From Pyrobaculum calidifontis JCM 11548 (GTDB taxonomy: Archaea; Thermoproteota; Thermoprotei; Thermoproteales; Thermoproteaceae), in the NCBI RefSeq assembly GCF_000015805.1, contig NC_009073.1:1920001-1952000 (forward strand): a DNA stretch of 32,000 nucleotides, given 5' to 3'. Below, in pieces: positions 24,993 through 32,000 of the stretch. Positions within the stretch are counted from its first letter, which is position 1. The number at the start of each line of letters is the position of its first letter. The notes under the pieces were generated by a model. The model saw only the letters and a program-made list of their open reading frames with translations. It did not search any database and had not been told where the DNA came from. The position numbers and the translations under genes are program-made.

Positions 24993-25436
24993 GTGCCTGG
25001 GAAAAAGTCGCCGTACGGCCTCTTCGCAGGCGGCAAGCTTAAGAAAAAGCGGCAGAAGTTTAGGTGGAACGACGTGACTTACAAGCGCAGGATGTTGGGC
25101 CTTGCAGAGAAGTATGACCCACTTGAGGGCGCCCCCATGGCTAGAGGAATAGTGCTCGAGAAAGTTGGAGTTGAGGCGAGGAAGCCTAATGCCGCCGTCA
25201 GAAAATGCGTCAGAGTACAGTTGGTAAAAAATGGGAAAGTAGTGACAGCCTTTGTGCCATACGACGGTGGCTTAAACTACATAAATGAGCACGACGAAGT
25301 TATAATAGAACGCATAGGAGGCCCCGAGGGCAAGTCTCTTGGAGACATCCCGGGGGTCAGGTTTAAAGTCGTCAAAGTAAACGGCGTATCTCTCTGGGCC
25401 ATTTGGCGTGGTAAAAAGCAGAAGCCGACAAGGTAA
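24993..25436 (+). CDS. rps12: 30S ribosomal protein S12 (uS12)
   Basis: [25 protein letters not shown] and [14 protein letters not shown] are highly conserved uS12 sequence. Confidence 0.93.
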   Translation: MPGKKSPYGLFAGGKLKKKRQKFRWNDVTYKRRMLGLAEKYDPLEGAPMARGIVLEKVGVEARKPNAAVRKCVRVQLVKNGKVVTAFVPYDGGLNYINEHDEVIIERIGGPEGKSLGDIPGVRFKVVKVNGVSLWAIWRGKKQKPTR

Positions 25437-26213
25437 ATGCCAAAGGTCTCCATAGTTGAAAAGTCGCAGTTTTTTGCCAAGGCAGTTGTAGAGGGCGTGC
25501 CCCCATCGCTTATAAACTCGCTCAGGAGGGTAATCATCTCCGAGTTGCCCGTCTTAGCCATAGACAGCGTGGTTGTGGTTAACAATACGTCGGTGATGTA
25601 CGACGAAATGTTGGCGCACAGACTTGGCCTTATACCGCTTACAACGCCGCTCAAAGACCTGCCGCCGATAGAAGACTGCGAATCGGGCCTCGTGGACCCC
25701 TCTGAATGCACCGTTAGGCTTACTCTCCAAGTAAACGCGACAGGAGATGTGGTGGTATATGCCGGAGACCTAGTGGCCGATAGACCAGATGTCGCACCGG
25801 TATATAAAGATATTCCAATTGTAAAACTTGTAGAAGGCCAGTCAGTGGTTGTTGAGGCTTATGCGAAACTCGGCCGAGCCAGAGATCACGCAAAGTGGCA
25901 AGCCGCACTGGCAAGCTACTACTACTATCCCAAGGTAGTTGTGAAGAGAGAGGAGTGTAGAGAAATGTGTAAAGAGGTGTGCCGCAATCTTGAAAACCCG
26001 TTAGAGTGCACGTTTAACAAGGCGACCACGTGCAAAGAGATGTGCGGAGGCGGCATCGTGGTAGAGTGGGAAAAGGATAAGTATGTGTTTTGGATTGAGT
26101 CGTTTGGGAATTATGACGCCGAGACTGCGTTGCGCGAGGCTTTTAGAATATTGAAGAAAAAATTTGAAGACTTTCTAGACGCCTTGAGCAGGAAGGCTGA
26201 GGCAAAACTTTAA
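25437..26213 (+). CDS. rpoD: DNA-directed RNA polymerase subunit D (Rpo3) with a Cys-rich Fe-S-type domain
   Basis: SLINSLRRVIISELPVLAIDSVVVVNNTSVMYDEMLAHRLGLIPL, followed by the Cys cluster CREMCKEVCRNLENPLEC...CKEMC. Confidence 0.9.
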   Translation: MPKVSIVEKSQFFAKAVVEGVPPSLINSLRRVIISELPVLAIDSVVVVNNTSVMYDEMLAHRLGLIPLTTPLKDLPPIEDCESGLVDPSECTVRLTLQVNATGDVVVYAGDLVADRPDVAPVYKDIPIVKLVEGQSVVVEAYAKLGRARDHAKWQAALASYYYYPKVVVKREECREMCKEVCRNLENPLECTFNKATTCKEMCGGGIVVEWEKDKYVFWIESFGNYDAETALREAFRILKKKFEDFLDALSRKAEAKL

Positions 26214-26217
26214 ATAC
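26204..26217 (+). promoter_or_regulatory. L18e TATA box (inside the rpoD 3' end)
   Basis: AAAACTTTAAATAC, about 28 nt upstream of ATG 26239. Confidence 0.5.
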
Positions 26218-26238
26218 TGGGCATCTCGGGGTGGCGGT

Positions 26239-26607
26239 ATGCCTCCTAATCCCACGGGTCCGACAAATAGGCAGTTGAGGATGCTTATCAGATTTCTTAG
26301 AAAGGCCGCCACTGCCAACTCTGCCAACATATGGAGGGCCATTGCCGAACTCGTGGAGAGGCCTAGGCGGAGTAGAGTTGTAGTCAATGTGGGCAAGCTA
26401 AATAGAGTTGCCAATGATGGAGACGTAGTTGTAATCCCTGGGAAGTTGCTTGGCGGAGGCGAGCTCAAAAAGCGTGTCGTTGTAGCGGCCGTCAGCGTAA
26501 CTCCAAAGGCGTGGAAGAAGGTGGTAGAGGCCGGCGGAGAGGTTTTGACAATACCTGAGTTAGTTAGGCGGAATCCCAAGGGGAGCGGCGTAAAGATAGT
26601 GATATGA
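26239..26607 (+). CDS. rpl18e: 50S ribosomal protein L18e
   Basis: PTNRQLRMLIRFLRKAA...RSRVVVNVGKLNRV...VVIPGKLLGGGEL is the L18e pattern. Conserved position after rpoD. Confidence 0.85.
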   Translation: MPPNPTGPTNRQLRMLIRFLRKAATANSANIWRAIAELVERPRRSRVVVNVGKLNRVANDGDVVVIPGKLLGGGELKKRVVVAAVSVTPKAWKKVVEAGGEVLTIPELVRRNPKGSGVKIVI

Positions 26608-27164
26608 TCGTCAAAAAAGTTCTCGACCTTTCGCAAATACCTGAGAAAGGCGAAATAGTAATAGACGCCGAGGGACACATAATGGGCCGTCTTGCGTCAT
26701 ATGTGGCCAAAATCCTGTTGTCTAAGCCTGAGCTTCGGGTGGTGGTGGTGAACGCGGAGAAACTTGTTGTGACGGGGGATAGGAAGATGGTAGTGGAGTG
26801 GTTCATGCGCAAAATCAGCGAGTGGAGGACTCACTACAATCCTGAGAAGGCTGGGCCAAAGATACCGAGGAGGCCCGATAGGGTATTTAAGAGAGTTGTC
26901 AGGGGGATGTTGCCCAAGAAAGTTGAGAGTGGGCGTGATGCGTTAAAGAGGCTTAGGGTCTATATGTCGATCCCCCTGGACTTTATTCAGCGGCGGCGCC
27001 TAGTCCTCTATGAGGTTCCTGCCGCCAAGCTGAGGGTTAGGCCGCTCATGCAGTTTGTGACACTTGAAGAGGTGTGGCGCAGTATTGACCCAGCGGCGTG
27101 GGAGAAGTGGAACAAGGCCAAGGAGGTGTGGGCGAAAAAAATAAAACAAGCAACCAGCGGATAG
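26604..27164 (+). CDS. rpl13: 50S ribosomal protein L13 (uL13)
   Basis: VIDAEGHIMGRLASYVAKILL...VVVVNAEKLVVTG is typical of uL13. ATGA overlap with L18e. Confidence 0.9.
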   Translation: MIVKKVLDLSQIPEKGEIVIDAEGHIMGRLASYVAKILLSKPELRVVVVNAEKLVVTGDRKMVVEWFMRKISEWRTHYNPEKAGPKIPRRPDRVFKRVVRGMLPKKVESGRDALKRLRVYMSIPLDFIQRRRLVLYEVPAAKLRVRPLMQFVTLEEVWRSIDPAAWEKWNKAKEVWAKKIKQATSG

Positions 27165-27168
27165 GGTT

Positions 27169-27609
27169 ATGGAAGGCGAGATGCCTTGGGTCTCTATCTT
27201 GCAGGAGAACCCCAGAGTCATTATCTCTGTAGGGAAGAAGAAAACTGCGGTAGCCAGGGCCATAATTAAGCCGGGGATGGGGCGGGTGAGAATTAATGGA
27301 TATCCCCTTGAGCTTTGGCCGATAGAAATGGCGAGAGTCAAGATGCAAGAGCCTCTCATTCTCGCCGGCGATTTGGCTAAGAAGGTGGATATTGAGGTTA
27401 ATGTGAGAGGTGGGGGGTATATGGGGCAGGCAATTGCCACTAGGATCGCCATTGCCAGGGGTCTTGTAGCTTATTTCCAGAGCGAGGAATTGAAGAAGCT
27501 GTACGAGGAGTACGACCCCTACATGCTTAAGGGAGATCCCCGTAGGACTGAGCCTAAAAAGCCTGGAATAAAGCACGCGAGAAGCAAAAGGCAGAAGGCT
27601 TATAGATGA
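27169..27609 (+). CDS. rps9: 30S ribosomal protein S9 (uS9)
   Basis: [27 protein letters not shown] ... the C-terminus ends KAYR. The start could also be ATG 27181. Confidence 0.9.
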
Positions 27610-27806
27610 TTATTCCAGTTAGGTGTTTTACTTGCGGAAAGCCGCTGGGCCATCTCTACGCCGTTTTTAAAAAGCGGGTGCTGGCCGGCGAACATCCCGG
27701 CCGTGTCCTTGACGAGCTGGGCGTCGTTAGGTATTGTTGCAGAAGGACCTTAATGGCCCATGTGGAGTGGATAGACGACTTGCTGGTTTACGAGAGAAGG
27801 GGCTAA
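27606..27806 (+). CDS. rpoN: DNA-directed RNA polymerase subunit N (Rpo10)
   Basis: [15 protein letters not shown]...[11 protein letters not shown] zinc-bundle signature. Confidence 0.9.
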
Positions 27807-27818
27807 GTTTTATATATT
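27805..27818 (+). promoter_or_regulatory. Sm-like gene TATA box
   Basis: AAGTTTTATATATT, 25 nt upstream of ATG 27838. Confidence 0.55.
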
Positions 27819-27837
27819 GGAGGGTTTAAGGCTCAAT

Positions 27838-28098
27838 ATGTCGAAGTCGTCGCAACAAGTAAAGCTCCCATCTCCTATTAAAGTGCTTACAAAGATGTTA
27901 AACAAGGAGGTGGTGGCGCGGCTTAAGGGCGGCATTGCCGTAAAAGGCGTATTGACCGCCTACGACAGTTGTATGAACCTAGTGTTGGACGACGCCGCTG
28001 AGCTCGACCGAAGTGGAGAACCAGTCACTCGGTATGGCCGTATAGTGGTCCGCGGGTCGCAAGTTATATATGTCTCAGCCATCGACGTGTCCTCATGA
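27838..28098 (+). CDS. Sm-like (LSm) archaeal protein
   Basis: Sm1 motif LNKEVVARLKGGIAVKGVLTAYDSCMNLVLDDAAEL and Sm2 motif IVVRGSQVIYVS. ATG 27838 lies 25 nt after TTTTATATATT. The ORF-track start 27817 lies inside the box. Confidence 0.8.
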   Translation: MSKSSQQVKLPSPIKVLTKMLNKEVVARLKGGIAVKGVLTAYDSCMNLVLDDAAELDRSGEPVTRYGRIVVRGSQVIYVSAIDVSS

Positions 28099-29303
28099 TA
28101 GTCGTAGAGAAAGTTGATAAAATTCCGACGGCCAAGCGGCTTGTTGAAATAGTGGAGAGGAAGGGCCAAGGGCACCCAGACTACATAGCAGATGGGATTT
28201 CCGAGTGGGTGAGCCGGTACTTATCTAGGTACTACCTGGAGCACTTCGGCGTAATTCTACACCACAACGTGGACAAGACTTTGGTAGTTGGCGGCCAGGC
28301 TGCGCCTAAGTTCGGCGGGGGCGAAGTTATACAGCCCATATACATAATAGTGTCAGGCAGAGCCACTTCAGAAGTTAAGACAAAAGATGGGACTGTGAAG
28401 ATACCGCTTGGAACCATTGTGATCCAAGCCGCGCGGGATTGGCTGAAGAGCCACTTTCGTTTCCTAGACCCAGACGTGCATACAATAATCGATTACAGAA
28501 TTGGTCAAGGCTCGGCCGATTTGGTGGGCATCTACGACTTGGGAGTGAGGGGGGTGCCTCTCGCAAACGACACATCGGTCGGCGTGGGTTATGCCCCCTT
28601 GACGCCGCTTGAGGAGCTTGTGTACAAGACGGAGAGGTTGTTGAATTCCCGCGATTTTAAGTCCAAGTACCCCGAGGTTGGCGAAGACGTCAAAGTAATG
28701 GGCGTTAGAGTGGGGAAGGAGGTCAAATTGACGGTGGCGTGCGCCATGATTAGCCGACTTGTCAAAGATAAGAGTCACTACATCTCAGTGAAAGAGGATG
28801 TAAAACGCGCCATTGAAGACTTGGCGGCTAAGATTATGCCAGATTACAACGTGGAGGTCACCGTAAATGCGGCAGACAAGCCGGAATACGACATATTCTA
28901 TCTCACGGTGACAGGCACATCGGCTGAACACGGTGACGATGGAATGACGGGGAGAGGCAATAAGGCAAACGGGCTCATAACCCCTATGCGCTCCATGTCT
29001 CTTGAAGCGGCTGCCGGGAAGAACCCCGTCAGCCACGTTGGCAAGATCTACAACGTCGTGGCGCAGAGAATCGCGGATAGGATATACAAAGAGGTAAAAG
29101 ACGTCGTAGAAGTCTACGTGGAGGTAGTTTCGCAGATCGGCAAGCCGATAAACGAGCCCAAGATCTTGAACGTGGAAATATTAAGCAGTGGCGAGCTGAC
29201 TGGCGAACTGCGCAGAGAAGCCGAGGCTATTGCTAAAGAGGAAATGGACCGAATAACGCAGGTAACTGAGCTAATTCTGAGAGGCGAAGTAAGCCTATAC
29301 TAG
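28095..29303 (+). CDS. mat: S-adenosylmethionine synthetase, archaeal type
   Basis: [21 protein letters not shown] and [25 protein letters not shown] are archaeal MAT signatures. ATGA overlap with the Sm-like gene. Confidence 0.93.
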   Translation: MIVVEKVDKIPTAKRLVEIVERKGQGHPDYIADGISEWVSRYLSRYYLEHFGVILHHNVDKTLVVGGQAAPKFGGGEVIQPIYIIVSGRATSEVKTKDGTVKIPLGTIVIQAARDWLKSHFRFLDPDVHTIIDYRIGQGSADLVGIYDLGVRGVPLANDTSVGVGYAPLTPLEELVYKTERLLNSRDFKSKYPEVGEDVKVMGVRVGKEVKLTVACAMISRLVKDKSHYISVKEDVKRAIEDLAAKIMPDYNVEVTVNAADKPEYDIFYLTVTGTSAEHGDDGMTGRGNKANGLITPMRSMSLEAAAGKNPVSHVGKIYNVVAQRIADRIYKEVKDVVEVYVEVVSQIGKPINEPKILNVEILSSGELTGELRREAEAIAKEEMDRITQVTELILRGEVSLY

Positions 29304-31046
29304 GCCCCGACGGTACTCCTCCACTATTTTCTTTAAGTCAACGCCTTTGCGCTCGTCTAACCTCCTCTTAATTTCGGCTACGAGCTCCGCCACCTTGTCC
29401 ATGTCTACTACGTAGAACTCGCCGAGGTCTAGCTTCACCACCTCCTTGAGGGGCACCCCGAGCGACTTGCGCGCAACTGCCTCATCGAGACTTTCAAAGT
29501 TTTTACATATGGTCCCGGCATATTCGCCGCCGCGGCACTCGGACAGCTCAGTCTTGTGAACCACCCTGTATCTCTCTCTGTCCATGAGGACTTCTACAAA
29601 AGTCTTCTTGAGCGAGTTGATCTCCGCCTCCTTTTCGCCTAATGTTCGCAGAAGCTGCTCTATTCTCATTTGCATTTCCCTGTATTTGACGTCCTTCCAC
29701 TTCTCGTCTTCCATTGCCCTACGCAAGGCGGCATTCTCTCTCCTCAACTCCTCTACTTCCCTCTGCAACTGTTGGTTCTCGTACTGCAACGCCTTTACAA
29801 GCGAGGACAACTTCTCGTCTTCTGAACTACAGGGCTTTTCGACCGTTATATACACCACCCTTGTCTCACCCCTCTCCTTTCTCTTAAGCGCCTCGGAAAC
29901 CGCCTGCGCAATAGAGTAGCCTCTTATTACCAGCGCCTTCGCATACGCCATCTGCTCCGGCTTAAGAATGGCGCCAAACTCTTTCTCAATTCTCTCAAAC
30001 TTGGGCTTGTACTCCAAATACGCCCTATACGCCGCGGCCAGCGCATCTCTCTCATGAGTAGTCTTGACCCGCCAGCCAGTTCTTTCAACTATCTGCGCCT
30101 TTTCCTCCGTCGACAAGTCTCTGCCAGGTGTGTACAACGCCGCCCCCACCATTGCGGCGAGGCGTTTGACGTACTCCGGGGCCTCTCCCACGTCTGTCGC
30201 CACGAGGACGGGGACGCCCCACTGTTGTACATATCTAACTAAATCCCCGCGTGAAAAACTGCGCCGTGCCACCGTGTCTAAAACTTCCCCGTCCAGCGTC
30301 AAAATGGCTAAGCCTGTCACAACGCCTGGGTCCACGCCGATTATTAGGTAGCGCAATGTATGCGCCTCCTCGCCGCGTTTGGCTGGGAGAGAAAATATGG
30401 AGACTGCCACGTCTATGCTCCTCATGGGCTTGACGTAGCGCCTCACCACCTCTCTATTTGCATACACTACAAACTTCGCAGAGCTCACCTCGCCAGACTC
30501 CTCTTTTACAAACAAGTCGTAGTCTAGTTTAGCCTCCTTAAGCCTTGCCTCGATCTTGGCCATAAGCGCCTTTATCCTATGAGTCACATTCCTCATATAC
30601 CGATTCCTGCTCATGCCGCCCGGCGTCGTGGAAATGCGGCGGTGTATCAAGATTACGGTCTCCTCTTCAAAAAGTTTAACCGGCGTGCCTACCCCCCTCT
30701 GTGCAAGCATGGCTAGGTAAAACGCGGTCTCAAGGGGGTCTAGCCGCCCCTTTTCAACACCGAAATATTCTCTGACAAGGTCCTCGGTGCTTTTAAGCTC
30801 CATGCCCCTGGTGACCTCCACCACGTTAACCACGTAGGGCAGTCTGCCCAACGCCTTGATCAACAGCCGGCCGTGTTGAAACAGCTCGCTTACGCTGTCG
30901 ACAGCCAAAACTTCGCAACGGTATTTTTTAAACAGATTAACCAAGTTGCGTACGTCTGTTACCCCTCTCTCCACGACGACATTATTCTCAAGAACCACGT
31001 AGGCAAATCCGCCGCCAGGCACAACGTCTATGCCAAGGATGGGCAC
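29295..31046 (-). CDS. COG2433/DUF460-like protein with two RNase-H-fold (RuvC/YqgF-like) modules plus a coiled coil
   Basis: N-terminal PILGIDVVPGGGFAYVVLE and mid-protein YLIIGVDPGVVTGLAILTLDGEVL resemble RuvC/YqgF nuclease starts. Coiled coil LQYENQQLQREVEELRRENAALRRAMED. GTG 31046 lies 3 nt after the rio2 stop. Confidence 0.7.
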   Translation of the reverse strand: MPILGIDVVPGGGFAYVVLENNVVVERGVTDVRNLVNLFKKYRCEVLAVDSVSELFQHGRLLIKALGRLPYVVNVVEVTRGMELKSTEDLVREYFGVEKGRLDPLETAFYLAMLAQRGVGTPVKLFEEETVILIHRRISTTPGGMSRNRYMRNVTHRIKALMAKIEARLKEAKLDYDLFVKEESGEVSSAKFVVYANREVVRRYVKPMRSIDVAVSIFSLPAKRGEEAHTLRYLIIGVDPGVVTGLAILTLDGEVLDTVARRSFSRGDLVRYVQQWGVPVLVATDVGEAPEYVKRLAAMVGAALYTPGRDLSTEEKAQIVERTGWRVKTTHERDALAAAYRAYLEYKPKFERIEKEFGAILKPEQMAYAKALVIRGYSIAQAVSEALKRKERGETRVVYITVEKPCSSEDEKLSSLVKALQYENQQLQREVEELRRENAALRRAMEDEKWKDVKYREMQMRIEQLLRTLGEKEAEINSLKKTFVEVLMDRERYRVVHKTELSECRGGEYAGTICKNFESLDEAVARKSLGVPLKEVVKLDLGEFYVVDMDKVAELVAEIKRRLDERKGVDLKKIVEEYRRGLV

Positions 31047-31049
31047 GTG

Positions 31050-31958
31050 TTACATTCTCAGGTTTTTATTTATGAGCTCCACAAACGCGTCCCCCATGCC
31101 GCGGCCGAGCTCGAAGTCCTTTAACTGAAGCTCAACCCCAACCCTTCGGAAAAACGCTGAGATGTTCTCAAGGTCGCGTCTTAGATACGCCTCGGCGCCT
31201 GGGCTATCTGTAGGCATCCACTGCGGCCAGTCGATGACGTAGCCGCGCTCTCCGGCAATGACGTTGTAGGGAGAAAGGTCTCCGTGGACGATGCCTATGC
31301 GCAAGGCCGTGGCCACCGTCTCTAACACGTCCTCCGCCACTCGTCTAAAGTCGCAACTCCTACATCTATACAACTCTACGCCGTCTATATATGCCATAAT
31401 AACGACGTGTCTATTCACCGCTATGGGCTCTGGGACGTGCCCCCCCGCTTCGAACACTTTTTCAAGGGCAAAGTACTCGGCAAGCGCAGAGAGCCTAGTT
31501 TCGTATACCTGGGCGAGGTGCGCGTACTTTTTCACAAGTCTTTGAAACGCCTTCTCATACCTAAAGACAGAGACTCCGCCCCTGTGGAACTTGACGGCGA
31601 GTTTAAAGCCAGAGGGGCTCTCCCCCACGTAAACTACCGCCTCCTTGCCAACGCCGACGGGCGTGGGAGACAGCTTCAAGACCTTTCTCTTAACCCTTAG
31701 AGTATGTATTGCAAGCACGTCGTAGCCTTGCGCCGTTATCTTCCACCCAAGATATGGGGCAACATTGCGGCGTAGTAGGCCGAGGTAGTGCAACCGCCGA
31801 ATTATCTGCGCCACCTCTTCGCGTCTACATCTGCACCACCTCTCAATAACCTCCTGTGGCACAAATTCGTACCTCCTATGCCCAGCCTCAATCATCCTCA
31901 GAACTCTCAAATCCCTCTTCTCCAGCTGGCCATACGCCTCTACGACGTCTTTTATCAC
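31050..31958 (-). CDS. rio2: Rio2-type atypical serine protein kinase (N-terminal wHTH)
   Basis: Catalytic loop IVHGDLSPYNV and metal-binding YVIDWPQ. The N-terminal winged-helix LRVLRMIEAGHRRYEFVP is typical of Rio2. GTG 31958 lies 24 nt after GTTTAAAAG. Confidence 0.85.
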   Translation of the reverse strand: MIKDVVEAYGQLEKRDLRVLRMIEAGHRRYEFVPQEVIERWCRCRREEVAQIIRRLHYLGLLRRNVAPYLGWKITAQGYDVLAIHTLRVKRKVLKLSPTPVGVGKEAVVYVGESPSGFKLAVKFHRGGVSVFRYEKAFQRLVKKYAHLAQVYETRLSALAEYFALEKVFEAGGHVPEPIAVNRHVVIMAYIDGVELYRCRSCDFRRVAEDVLETVATALRIGIVHGDLSPYNVIAGERGYVIDWPQWMPTDSPGAEAYLRRDLENISAFFRRVGVELQLKDFELGRGMGDAFVELINKNLRM

Positions 31959-31977
31959 ATATATACCCCGGCTACGT

Positions 31978-31986
31978 CTTTTAAAC
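31978..31986 (-). promoter_or_regulatory. rio2 TATA box
   Basis: Minus strand reads GTTTAAAAG, 24 nt upstream of GTG 31958. Confidence 0.5.
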
Positions 31987-32000
31987 GTGAAGAGGATTGT

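Noticed and set aside
1-32000. Search for tRNA, rRNA, CRISPR arrays, transposases, integrases or other mobile elements.
   Set aside because: T-loop-like strings (e.g. GGTTCAAGA at 4615, GTTCGAAGTC near 10533) fall in promoter or coding sequence without acceptor or anticodon stems. No regularly spaced repeats and no transposase- or integrase-like ORFs were seen.

Overview
This window reads as a compact, GC-rich core chromosomal region of a crenarchaeon. The lineage call, Thermoproteales (Pyrobaculum/Thermoproteus-like), is an inference from three things: gene content, an unsplit rpoB with a split rpoA, and leaderless promoter geometry. I support about 41 protein genes. The left third (1-13.8 kb) is mostly small hypothetical genes mixed with a few recognisable ones. 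These are a RimK/LysX-type ATP-grasp ligase, a family-4 uracil-DNA glycosylase, Trm5, RadA, a B12-like radical SAM enzyme, a C2H2 zinc-finger protein and CDP-archaeol synthase. Next come atpF-atpE-atpA, followed by a fused transcription/translation supercluster: rpoH-rpoB-rpoA1-rpoA2-L30e-nusA-S12-rpoD-L18e-L13-S9-rpoN. The window ends with an Sm-like protein, archaeal SAM synthetase, and on the minus strand a Rio2 kinase and a COG2433/DUF460-like protein. I found no tRNA, rRNA, CRISPR array or mobile element. Nearly every transcription unit has an A/T-rich BRE/TATA box 22-30 nt upstream of its start codon, which I used to trim several ORF-track starts. Only three non-coding gaps exceed 100 nt. 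One (9189-9296) contains a well-formed C/D box sRNA candidate. One (20170-20406, between rpoB and rpoA1) is a densely structured GC-rich element of unknown function. One (8230-8354) holds a nested hairpin. Other leads are a PRC-barrel-like plus coiled-coil protein, an ATP-grasp ligase flanked by zinc-ribbon proteins, and a Rio2-coupled double RNase-H-like protein. All functional calls come from reading the translations by eye, and no searches were run.
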